A stretch of 64,000 bases of DNA. Origin: Selaginella moellendorffii (taxonomy: Eukaryota; Plantae; Lycopodiophyta). The stretch spans positions 372,001 through 436,000 of the forward strand of contig NW_003314333.1 of NCBI RefSeq assembly GCF_000143415.4, written 5' to 3'. Shown piece by piece: positions 12,760 through 24,743 of the stretch (positions are counted from its first letter, which is position 1; every line of letters begins with the position of its first letter). The notes beneath the pieces are model-generated. The model had not been told where the DNA came from. It searched no databases and saw only the letters and a program-made list of their open reading frames with translations. Both the position numbers and the translations under genes were made by a program.

Positions 12760-14197
12760 TGTGAGACACAAATCCCTAAGCCCCAAAGTGGAGCCGAAAG
12801 GGTGCCATGTGGTAGTGGCCGAAGCAAAAGCCAAACGAGCGTAACACGTTTGGACTAAAAGGCTCCGACTTGAAAGGTCAAGAGCGAGAGTGGAACTCCC
12901 AACGGAGTGCTCAAGGAACGAGCATGAAGCGAGCAATAAGCGAGGCTCCAAAAAGGGACCCAAAAGGACCAACACATGAAACGTGGAAGTGTCCGAGATG
13001 GAGTTTGAGAAGGACCCGAGATAGAGTCCGAGGTCGAGACCGAGACCGGGACCGAGACCGAGACTGGGACTGAGACCGAGCCCGAGCCCGAGCCCGAGCT
13101 CGAGCCCGAGTCTAATTCCGAGTCCGAGTTCGAGTCCAAGTCTGAGTCTGAGTCCGAGTCTGAGTCTGAGTCCGAGTCCGAGTCTGAGTCCGAGTTCAAG
13201 TCTAAGAGGGTGAAAGCCCAAAGCGTTTGTCTCCCAGACCCTGGGGGGTTTGGTGAGGTCCAAAAGTATAGTAAAGGGGAGGACTGCAGTGGAGCCAGTT
13301 TTGCTAGGAAAGGCCAGTTTGGCCCAGGAAGGCCAGTGTTGGGTGATGAACTAACCACTGGGAAGTCCAAGACTAGAGTGAATATGGACCGACAAGCAGG
13401 GTAGCTTGGTGAAGTGTTCAAGAGCCGGCTCTAGTTCCCCCGGGAGATCGACTAGCCGATGCTCCCAATCCAAGTGTGGGTGGCACTACCTACTTGGATA
13501 CCTGGTGTGGCTCAATGGAACCTCGCTCTAAGCCCATGGCTAGAGCACCTAAAGGCAGAAGGTGGGGAGAGTACCCACGGGGCTTGCGTAGGGCCACAGT
13601 GTTCCAAAATATTGTCCTAAAGTCCCATACGGGGGAAAGGAGGAGGAACAATCCTCTAGTGTAGTGACTACGGATATGGTCACATGGTGAGGAAGTCTCA
13701 GAGGACAATGGGACTTAGTGGCCGGGCCTACGGGCCTTGATCTAGTGGCAGTGTTGGTGAAAATGGCCATGGACGGAAAAGGGACTTGGCAGAAACTGAC
13801 AAAGGGATGTTGGGGAAGGTTATTCCCCATATCTGTAGGCATCCTAAGGATGCTAAGGAGTGGATCTGGGATGACCACTCGTGGACGGACGGCCCAGTTT
13901 TGGAGAGACGGGATTGTGATGCAAGTGGTATTAGACCACCAATGCGGCAAAGGTGAATGGGCATGGCCTTAGCGTAATGGGCCGATATGTCAGTGGTACC
14001 TTTGGGTGTCGGTCTTGGGAGTGGACACGTGGAGCACTTGGACCAAGTGCAAGGGATGAGTGGCATGAATGCCATTCTCAGGACTAGCAAGTCCCAAGTC
14101 CTGAATTGGACTTAAGGAGGTTGTGAATGAGACTCTTCCAAGTGGTCAGAGGTGTAGTTAAGTGACTAAAGTAGAATGAAAAATTTAATCGCTTACA
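12760..14197 (+). repeat. 3' LTR of family B copy 1
   Basis: TGTGAGACAC...TCGCTTACA termini match the LTRs at 47688-49409 and 53386-55095 (reverse complement). Contains a GAGTCC/GAGACC/GAGCCC hexamer array. Confidence 0.9.
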
Positions 14198-14229
14198 AGT
14201 ATGCTTTAAAGAGGATGTTGATCTTCCTT

Positions 14230-14500
14230 AAGGGGGAGAGAGTGTCATGAATGTGACTGTGGGTATCGAAAGTTATTTATTGGCTAGTCCTTTCGGATAT
14301 TCTTTCTTTATTACCATAATAGCAAGAGGTCGGTATTGTTGGTTCCTTTTTCAAGTCATCTTGTTCAAGTGTTAGTAAACTAGGCTTAACATCTATATTT
14401 AGCCACATGAATATAAGGTAAGAACTTTTATATATTTTTTGTTGAGCATACTCGGCCTGGCTTTTAGTTCTCATTTGCTTTATCTTACACTAGCTTGACA
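14230..14500 (+). mobile_element. Possible PPT plus short LTR of another retroelement
   Basis: AAGGGGGAGAGAG followed by TGTCA (14243), with TGACA ending at 14500; no second copy in the window. Confidence 0.4.
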
Positions 14501-14509
14501 AGAACCCTC

Positions 14510-15599
14510 ACGTATTGAGATTAGTCCTTCAATATCGCCAGATGATAATTTACTATGTTTATCAAACACTCTTGCTATCATGCTTCATGTGTTAGTCTTA
14601 TTTAGTTCCATTAGCTATTTATAGAAAGTGTCTAGATTTGTTAATTTGGCATATCTATAGAATGTAGAAATTGTCCTAAATATAATGGTATTGATCTCGT
14701 ATCCAAATTTGCAATCTAACACCATTCCATATTTAATAAATTTTCACACTTGTCCCATAGACTAACTCCTGATCCTAAAGGTGATTGAAGGTGAAAACCC
14801 ATGTTCCTTAGGGTTGTGGGTGGTTTTAAATGTATAGTAGGTAGGTCAAACACGTCCGATCAGCCTAAGGCATAGTCTAGCTTCTACTTGCGTGCTTGTC
14901 TTTGTTTTGCATCCGACTTGGGTTTAAGCCCAAATTCCATACCATACTAACTAGTGGAGTATCTATATCCTCGTGTTATACCACCAGTATACTAAAATAG
15001 TGCTAGACTTGCATTAGGATGCTAGAAGCTTTAAGACTATTCTAATATCACTTCATGCTCTTGTCTCTTTGCTCCTTTGGCTAAACAGTTAGAAGTCACT
15101 CCATGTTCTAGTTCCTTTGCTTTTTCGCTACAAACTTGGGAATTTGGCTCCATTCCTTAATTCAATAGCCTAAGGCCCTGAAACTTGGGTTCTACTCTAT
15201 TGTCCTTAAACACGTGGCATGTGATATATATAGCACATAGAAGGTTTATATTCCACTTTATGGTTATCCTATGATAAATCACTATAGGATAAAATTTAAA
15301 AACCATATACACTACAAGAAAAGGGCATCTATCTAGGCTCACAAAGAGACCACTTTAGCATCTAGAGCCTGAGTATGCTCAACCAGCCCAAACTTGCTGA
15401 CCACTTTATTTAAATGATGACAAAACTATGTTTGTAATACCATCACATGGCAAACACAAGATAAAGCATTTACCACCACATTCAATTTTCCTAGACGATG
15501 CTCAATAAAAAACTCTCTAAATTCCATGAGTTTGACCATGCAACAAGCTTGTCTAATGTTTAACTCCTTTTGTGTGAAAAGATATACAAGAGGTTTGTG
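14510..15599 (-). pseudogene. Old Ty3/Gypsy pol relic (RNase H end / integrase start), left part
   Basis: Joins in frame with 39815 onward across the TSD to give EQELLSSVHALQMWQHYLYGVIFVVLTNHKPLVYLFTQ; left boundary approximate. Confidence 0.7.
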
Positions 15600-15632
15600 G
15601 AGCGCGGACCATAATTGCGCTTACGAGCTAAA

Positions 15633-15660
15633 GAGTTGAGCTCACGAGTTGAGCTCAATT
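15633..15660 (+). repeat. Left subterminal inverted repeat
   Basis: GAGTTGAGCTCACGAGTTGAGCTCAATT. Confidence 0.85.
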
Positions 15661-16448
15661 TTCAATTGTAATTTAGTACAAACATTATAAACTTTAAAAT
15701 TTTAAAGTTATGGCGAAACTAATAATTTCATAACTCTCTATATATTATATAGATAAAAATTTTCTAAAGGATACCTCTTGTTCTAATAATTTAAATATTT
15801 ACTACATGCAATGATAGGGATGTTTGTTAGAACATAAAATAAAATATTTGTAAAAAGAGTATTCTTGTCACTTCTTTAAATTTGTATTTTGTGCTTTCTG
15901 GCTAGTAAATGTTAGGTTTGTCAGAATTTTAAAATTATTAAATTGGAATTAAGATTCTATATAAGGATATATAACCATTTGAAAGGAACAACTGTGATGG
16001 TACATATGCTCTCACAATATATTGTAACATCATACACCCGAAAGACTATCATGAAATATTTTTTGAGATGGTAAAGACAAAAATGGTGACTCACAAATAC
16101 TATGGGCAGTATTGCAAAAAGAACCTCGCAAGTATATGAAATGAAAAGTGAAATAATAAAATATTTTTATTAACTATATAATGTATAATTAGTTTATATT
16201 ATTGATAGAGAATAAACATCGATAGCGCTGGAAAATCTAATTAGCTCCAAAAGTTTTCTGCAACTCGGAAATAGTAAGGCTTGCTTGGTATATATGAATA
16301 TCCACTTTAGGATCCTAGTGCAAGATGTTGATAAAGATGTAGTATATATGCTTGCAAGGAGCATATGCCTTCCCATGTTCCTCGTGCTTCGTAAAGTTTG
16401 GACATGTGCAAGAAGGAAAGTCTTGAATGGCAATTGTGTACTCTCCAC

Positions 16449-19400
16449 CTACTTTGTTTTGACTATGTACTCCTTTGCGAGCGCAGTGATGTACTTCGTG
16501 AAGAGAATCTCATACTTAAGTGTTTGAGCCAAGTTTATTTTACCTTGCTTCTGCTTGGAGACGGTATCAATAAATTTAACTGCCTTACCTTTTCTCGTTG
16601 GCCTCCTATGCATCTTTGTAGGAACAGTTCTGGTTTTATCACTCATGTCTTCAACTCTCCTTTCAAGATTGAAACCAAATTTCTTAAGGTTTTCAATCTC
16701 ATCTGAGGTGAACGCAACCCCATTAGCAACTAGCCATTCTTTAGGTACTGCATCAGGTTTAGTCACTATAGTGTCTTCAAGCCGCTTTGTATGGTTGACA
16801 TCAAAGTTGCAGCAATATAACCAACACCATCTTGAAAATCCTGCTTGCTTTCGTTCCCCATGGAAACATGGGGCTGGAACAGAAGCAGACTTGTCACCAT
16901 GGATCCAAGCCCAACACTTGCCCCTTGGAAGCATCCCCACACACCTTACATTTGATTTTGCTGGCACTCGATGGATTGCCCATTGCTTTGGCTCCACGCT
17001 ATAATAAGCAATTTCAACCTGCTGTGATACACTTTCTTCATTAGCCACTTGAGGTGGCTCGGTTCTGGGGCGATGTCTTGGAGCAGAATGATACTCAACA
17101 TCAGGCCTGTGAGAGCTTTTTGCTCCAAGATCCATGCTAACATCTTCACCAGCAAAGGAAATCAACACTTTGAGCGGACAGTCTTCATATCACTAATAGA
17201 AGCCCGAGGAGTGTAGTCCATAGATGTGCCATGGACCACTTCCTCCACTGCAGTTGCCATTGTTCGTGCTGGTGGAGTCACTTTCTTCTTCATCCGATCA
17301 TGTAACATCTCAACCGAAGGTCCTATTCCCATGTATCTTCCTTCCTCAAATGCCAAGGCTTTTGAAGACTGCTCTACAGTGCGTATCAAATCTGATAGAC
17401 ATGCTTCATATAGACTCATATTCCCTTTCCCTGCCTTAGAGGAATGCCAGCTCCAATGTTTACTCTCTGAGAGATTCACAGTTGGGGTGTATGCAAGATC
17501 CTCAAGTGGTTGATCCTTATAAAAAGATGATATTAAAAAGCAATAAAAAGAGAGGGAAAGAAGAAAAACCAACCTGAAAAGAGTGATGTCCCTATTGGAA
17601 CATTTTAACTTCCCACCACCCCAACCACGACTCAAGTTGTGGTAAACAACTTACATTAGTATGGCCATCTTCACGCCACCACATTCAGTTCTCGTTTGCT
17701 TTTGCCTCATGCTCTTCTTTAGAAGGTGCAGCCTGCCATTGTTTGCACAACTCCTTAAATGTTAATTGGAAATCTGGCTTGATAAGGTGGCAGTGTTGGT
17801 TTAGGCTCTGAGCCCAATGGAACTCACAAGTTCTCTCACGACCTTCTAGGGGTTGACTATTCCCAAAGACTTCCCAGACACCATTCCAATTAGCCCCAGC
17901 CCCATCTGCCATGAAACCGTGAAAGTTGGCAGGCTTACCAGTCCACTTCAATACAATGTCGGAAAGGGACTTCCAAAATATTTCCTGAGCCATCTGGTCT
18001 TGTACTTTAAACTCTGCCGTTGCAATTGTCAAGTTACAATGTAGCTTGTGAAAAGCGCAATGTTTAAAACCATTTTAAGATAATGAAAAAAAAAACTACC
18101 TCAGATCATACACATGAGCTCCCATGGTTGTCTAACCCACCACCCGCTCTATATGGTCAAAATGTACCCATGCATTAACAAGGTCACTCGACCCAGACAT
18201 ATCCATTTGGGAAATAAGATCCACACCAGAGGCAGAGCCTATGGTAGACATTTTGAAAACAAAGGGGCACTCTTACTCACTAACGACTTGATCTGGAAAA
18301 AAACTCCCATGGATAAACTCATAGGGATAAGTCTGTTTTAGTTCAAGGATTGAGTTGATATTTTATTGGAGTTTCCCCTCTCGAGATTCACACATCCAAG
18401 ACTTTATCCTAAATAAAACAAAATGTAAAAGAGATATTATTGAAAAGTATGTAATAATATTTTCATACCTCCTAAGGCTAGTTGTAGGTTGCACATGTCG
18501 TAGTAACTCCCGCAAGCTAGCCTCATCCAGTTGAGTATTCTTGTAGTCCAGATCAAGTAAAGTGTTTGCAATAAAATCCTTGAGCACTATTTTTTGAACA
18601 TGCTTTGGAGTTGTAAATGAGTTTCTCACAGTCTCTATCTACACTGCATCTTTGAAATGGTTGACTGAACTCTTTTGTATCCCTTCCTGCATTGGATGTG
18701 TGTGCGTGCTAATATGTACTGCAGCTCTACTAGCCTCTCCATCCCGTGGAAGAAAATAGTACATCTTGGCCCCGCAGATGGCATGACACAATGGAGCATT
18801 CTTGCAAAACCAACACTTGAATCCAACACCAATGGTGTCACAGAGGGGAGGATTGGTTGCAGATCCTTCAAAAAATATGGAGTTTTTACCACACTCTTGA
18901 TTGCATGCTTTATTCACACAATCCAAATACCCACCACAATGAACCATGGACATTGTGTCTTTGAAATGCTAGAAATGTGTGGTCTTGATCTTGCACCAGT
19001 TGTGGACGTCCTGCTTCGTCTCCATCCCTTTTCGTTTTGAGTTGACAAAAGGTGGTAGTTCAAAGAAGATATTGCCATTGTATATAGATGGGAGCTCGCT
19101 AACAGGCCTATGTAGAAAAGAACGAACATTGATAGAGAGGCGAGAAAACTAGAAAGTGTTGCAAACAGCTTGGAATATTAGTGAAGTTGGAGTTTGGAAA
19201 TTCTTGGCTTGCACTGGACTAACATCTCCGCTAGAACTAGAAGAGGAAGAAATGATGACGACTGACTCTTGCTTCACATTCACTTTATCAGGATCGCAGC
19301 CTTGCACTTTGATTGGAGATCCAAAAACTTGAATCTCTTTCGACTTGGAATGTTGCAAATCCCAATGTTGTCCACCTTCACCTACACCCGAAAGAAGAAA

Positions 19401-19562
19401 CTCCGATCGTTCAACTACACCAATGTTATTGCGAATCACAACTTCCAATGAAATAGAACCAAGAGAAAGATCGAAACGTCGGCAAGCAAAACTTTCTGAA
19501 ATAAGACTTTGGGAGAAAGAAAGCAGTGGGTGATCTTGGTAATGCAAAAGGAAGCCCTCCAT
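16449..19562 (-). pseudogene. Multi-exon Mutator-type transposase with WRKY/GCM1-like zinc finger
   Basis: CGGYLDCVNKAC...CWFC...C...HTHP; WVHFDH..VVG*TTMGAHVYD; FHGFMADGAGANW...RTCEFHWAQSL (MULE D...CxxH); short AT-rich introns, stops and frameshifts. Confidence 0.75.
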
Positions 19563-20409
19563 TTTGTTGCCTTTAGGTTTTGGAACTCTGAACTTTTATA
19601 ACGAAATGTCACCTCACATGTGCTATGCCATTATGTGAAAAGAAAGGGCGATTTTATTCTAGGATCTAACATCTAATAATGTTGTTATAATAAATTCTAT
19701 ATGAAGTATAAAGGACTATGTTGTACAATATTAAAAGTCTATATACATTGAATTCAAAAACATGCTCAAATTTATTATATGCACTAACTTTTGGTAGAAC
19801 GGAAAGAAATATCACCTCAAGTATGTGCTATAATATGAAAGATAGGAATGATTTTATTCTAGGATCTATCATCAACCAACTGTTGCCAAACAAATTAAAT
19901 ATTGTACATATTTTCAGTACTTCATTAAAGCTAGAAATCATCACATTCTTCTGAACTCATTTAAATATATTCCATTTTTGTACTACCATCTATCACCTAT
20001 AGTAAATTATCTATATACATTGCTTTGGAAATAACACCTTACAATTTAATAATCTTATATTTTCTGACAATTTTGTACTGTGATCAATTCAACACATGTG
20101 TCTGTGACATTATTTCACATTATGACATAGTCATATTAGAGCACACCTCCATTATTAAATTACAACTCAAAAGGACTTTGTCACGTGATTAAATCTAGGA
20201 CGGAATAGAAATTGTATAGTGCTAGCAAATATTTGCAGAATGCAATGAAGATTTACTGGATCCACGATGAACGGCTGTGATGAAAGTTAGGTTAGGGTTA
20301 GGTCCGCTGCCGGCATTAGGGTTTTACAGAAAGAGATTGGGAGTGACTGCGAGATCCATTGGCATCGAATAGAATGCCACCAAGAGTAAGTTTTTTCTCC
20401 TCCACTCCC

Positions 20410-21330
20410 ATGCCACGCCTAGCGCCCCCGCGCCCACGCCACGCCCAGCGCCGCCATGGCCAGCACTACCGCCCCCACACCACGCCACGCCCAGTGCCAC
20501 CGTAGCCCAGGGCCACCCAGCACCACGCCACGCCCAGCACAGCGCTGCCTAGGTCCGCTGTTGCCATGACGCTGCTGCCATGTCGCCGCTACCATACCAC
20601 TGCTGCCCAGCATTGCCCACGCCAGTGCTGCGTTGCCTAGGGCCACCACTGCCCAGCACCGCCGCTGCCATGCTGTGCCCAGCACTGCTGCCACTGCTGC
20701 CAAGTGCCCGAGCCGGGCATTTGGCCGGGCACTCTTCTTGGGCCGGCCATGGCAGGCCAGTACGCCGGTAAACCAGCGCTAGAGCCAACTGCCCGCACCA
20801 AGTCTGGGCAGGCCAGCAAAGGCGCTTGGGGGCGGGCCGGTGCCCACGCCAAGTGCTTGTGCCAAATGCCCATGCCGGGCATTTGGTGCAAGCCAGCCAA
20901 GTTCAAGTGCCCAAGCTAGGCACTCCGTGTGGGCTGGCAAAGCGTTTGGGGGCCCTGTGCCAAGTGCCTGTGCCGGGCATTTGGCGCGAGCCGGCCAAGG
21001 GGCTTGGGGGTGAACCAGCGCCCACGCCAAGTGACAAGGCCAAGCGCCCACATTAGGCATTTGGTGCAAGCCGGCCTTGGCACTTGGAGGCGGGCCGGTT
21101 CACTGGCAAACTAGGCTGCCCCCAAGTGCCAAGGCCGGTGCGTGCCAAGTGCCCGGCCCGGGCATTTGGCCCGAGCTGGCCTTGGCACTTGGAGGTGGAC
21201 CGGCGCCCGCACCAAGCGCCAAGGCCAAGCGCCAAGGCAAGGTTCTTGGGCGCTTGGCCTTGGCAAGGGCCGGCCAAGGTGCTTGGGGGCGGGCTGGTTC
21301 GCTGGTGAATCGGCGCTTGCACCGAGCCCA
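20410..21330. repeat. GC-rich degenerate array of CCAAGYGCC / GGCRYTTGG inverted motifs
   Basis: Many CCAAGTGCC, CCAAGCGCC, GGCATTTGG, GGCACTTGG and GGCGCTTGG copies between the divergent genes. Confidence 0.8.
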
Positions 21331-21389
21331 CACCCTGTTCCCCTCTTCTTATGCATTTATAATTTATAATGAGTTTTTTTTATTTTCAG

Positions 21390-24300
21390 AAACGGAAGCA
21401 ACTACAAAAGGAGAGGGATGTTAGATCAAAGAGAAGACATGAAGAAGATGAGATCCAGGACAACAATCAAGTTGACCTTTAAATAGAGATTTCCACAGTG
21501 ACAACTCTACCGTCTTTGCAACCAAATAGCTCCAGTCCATATGCACCCCCACCACCGCCATCGATGCCACCACCACCATTACCACCACCACCACCTTCAC
21601 CACCATTGCCACCTCTACCTTCATCACCACCTTTACCACCACCATCATCACCACCATTACCACCACCACCGCCACCATCATCATCACCACCAATGCAACC
21701 ATTGTCATCACTACCATTGCTGCCACAACCACAAATGCCACTACTCTTAACATATTCACAAAATATGGCAAAAACGGAGTAGTGCCCAAGTGTGCCTGAC
21801 GGGGGTGTTGGGCCCGAGTCAAGGGCTAGATCTGATAATGGTGCTATTGGAGGTGTAGCTGAAGCTGAAAGAGAAGTGGAGCTACCTGAACACATTATCG
21901 ACAAGTGCTTCTAGTTTTGAGAACTAAAGAGAAGGCCATTCACACGACTCTGGAGTCTCTCAAGTGGGAAGGCCCGGGAGACATGATCCGAAAAATCCCA
22001 CTATGTCGATTCACTCAGACAAGCGTCGTTCGGTCTGCTTCACTGCACTTCGTCAACATGGACATCTATAGTCTGTACAAATAGAACGGCCTTGGGACAA
22101 ATATAGGTATGTTCCTTGTTTCGGTCTTCAAGCCAGGAACGACAAATACCCTCTCAGTGTCACCAGAAATTGAGAGGGATTGGGATGACATTTGGAAAAT
22201 GAAGTCCCACGAATTTGACATCAAGCTTATGAGCCATTCTGAGACTCAACAATTTGTGGGGAAAATGTTTTATGACAGCTGTGTGGAGTAAGGTATGTTC
22301 TTCCAAGTATACTTCTTATCATAGAATGTTTGTGTTGCCTTCAGCCATTGGTGAAGGTTAAGCAAGATGCATATGCACAGTTGCATCAAGCTGAAAATGA
22401 TCAAGAACTCTCGGAGCATTTAGCTGCAATTGACAAGAAAATCAACAACACAAAGAAGACAAAGGTAAAGAAATTACTTAGTGTGGCTGACTCTCAACGC
22501 CCAAAGGAGTGGTTTGATATTATAACAGAGATTTCTTGTCATGAAAGTAAGTATTGTTTGTGTTTACATGAAGGTTACTCACAAAAGTTATTTCTTAGTG
22601 GGCAAGACTCTAGATGAGATTATTTACAACATCTCAAAGTCAAAGCTTATATATGAGGAATAGATACACATTTTGAACGACCTCAATAGCAAACTGAGGG
22701 AAGGAGAAAAAGGTTTGGACAGTATGATGGAGACTGTGATGAGGAGGACCGTCTACATTTCACAAACTGTATATGAAGGGGAGATGTTTCTAGCCCCTTT
22801 CATAGGGGATGATCCTGAGCAACTTCCATTTAAGGACTTCGTCACCATTGAGCTTACAAAACTTGCAGAGGACTAGCTGCCAAAGAAGGCCACAAGCACG
22901 ACTCCATTTGATAAACAACTTGGCCAACCTTCATGTGTCAAGCGGCTTTCAGGTAACATACAATTTCTCAACTATACTCAATTGTTTATATTCTATTATA
23001 GGTATCTCCAATATAGAGGTGTTCCTCTCGAAACACCAGTATGCACATGACTCCTGAGGCATGGTGTGAGAGATGGAGGCATGTACCTGACAACAATGAA
23101 GTTTCCAGCAGCAATAAAGCGCACTTGTCCTTGGGAATTAGAGATGCCAGATTATGAACCAACCCACCAAGAGGTTGCAAGAGGCAACAATGATGACAAA
23201 GATGATGGCCATGAGAATGTTGACCTTGTTGGTGCCAATGGTGAGCAAAGTGAAGATGCCAGTGAGAACAAGATTCTTCAAGACGAAGTCGAGCAAGAGA
23301 ACCAAAACGTCTAAGAAGTTCTACCTCGACGAAAGCGTGCAAATCCACATCTGGAGGAATTAATCAACAGTGATGATGATCGTCTAAGACGTCCCCGTAA
23401 CCGAGGAACTTCTCGAGGTATATTTCTTTTAATTCTCTCCTTTTCTTAGTTCCTTAAAATGGTTGCAACAAAAACTGTCGGGAGTAACTTCATTCCAGCT
23501 CGTCTTGATGCCCGAGAAGAGGACCTGGAGGAACTTACATCTACCACACGCCACATGACGGTATGTAAATTTTTCTTAATATCTTTGTCTTCTCCCCTTA
23601 GATTCGCCCTGTTTCTCTAGTGGCATTCCGTGGTGAAGTTGGGATCTTTATTGACTCCTACAGTTCATTAATGGCATCTTTTGAGGACGATGCTGAGAAT
23701 ATGGCTATCTGGCAAAAGTGGGAGCGCTTTTGTTAGAAGATCCATAGGCAACCGCTCAAAAGCACAAACTTCATGCTCTTTGACATGCCAAATGGTCCTC
23801 CAGACGCTAATGGTGATGTCCCAAGCTAGAACAACCTGACTAAAGACCACTTGAAGGATGCATTCCTTTTGGCAGTAATTCTCTTTCACACAACTGGTCA
23901 AGTTGCCTTCATTCTCCCAAATGACCCCATTGGATGTCCTACCTTATGAGGTATGCAACTCGAGTCAACTTCAAGAGGTTCTCTTCCGGGTGTATCATGG
24001 ATAGTGTTGGGGTCAAGACCAAAGAAGCTCTATTTCGTTAAAGTGGGATTTATTCAGTAAAATGGGACTAGGTACAAATTTTCAAGTATTTGAAAATGAC
24101 GTGAAATTATATGTTTTTTGTCCAGGGGCTAGACATATCTGGGGCATGGTGACTAGCACGGTGACTTTGTGTCCAAACTGAGTCCATCTAGTTGTATAAT
24201 AAATCTCATTGTCAAGGTGAACAAGCCAAATCTGAAGCTAAAGAAGAGCAATGGCATGCGCGCACACACTATTTGTTTGTTCATTGAGCGTGTGGTGAGC

Positions 24301-24430
24301 TTTCCAAGATGAACGTCATTCCTATTAGCCAGACATATAACTTAATGGTGAGAACATTTAGATATTATTCAATGTTATCTTTTTCTAACGAATCTAATTG
24401 TGAAGGTGTAGCAAGAGGCATTGCTAGTCT
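21390..24430 (+). pseudogene. Multi-exon ParB-like-family cargo gene (decayed, Pro-rich N-terminus)
   Basis: LKWEGPGDMIRKIPLCRF...GMFLVS...DWDDIWKMKSHEFD...FVGKMFY aligns by eye with the ParB-motif protein at 57660-58000; the DGNHR motif is lost; many ~50-nt GT-AG introns; boundaries approximate. Confidence 0.6.
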
Positions 24431-24743
24431 GGAGAAGTCATTTAACTCATTTGACCCTTAGTGTATTTTCATGAAACTAAATAACATTCATATTATTAAG
24501 GAATTTCTCTAGTACCTTTTTTTTACGACATAGAGGCTTGCATTTCTTTCAAAGGTGATTTAGTAAAAGGCCTGAGGGCACATGCCATTTTATTTCTCAG
24601 ACCGGTATTAAGATATACTAGTGCAAAGGGAAAAAGGTATTTGGTGATCAAGTAAATGGCATGAGGGCACACGCCATTATAAGCCTAAGCGCTAGTGGAC
24701 ACCTCCTTTTTGGTGTCACGCCTCACGCCATCATGCCATGCCA

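Larger units (their letters stand above)
1235..14197 (+). mobile_element. Non-autonomous LTR retroelement family B, copy 1 (5' LTR and PBS missing; interrupted by family A at 2971-10463)
   Basis: From 1235 the sequence is colinear with the reverse complement of the internal region of the intact copy at 47688-55095. It resumes at 10464 after the insertion. PPT-like GGGTGGTGGAGT at 12748-12759 precedes the 3' LTR. No long ORF. Confidence 0.9.

Noticed and set aside
20419-21424. Cluster of overlapping Ala/Gly/Pro-rich ORFs
   Set aside because: GC-rich repeat array; ORFs appear in many frames on both strands
21498-21782. Stand-alone extensin-like or His/Gly-rich gene
   Set aside because: CCA microsatellite-like tract; better explained as a low-complexity part of the downstream multi-exon gene
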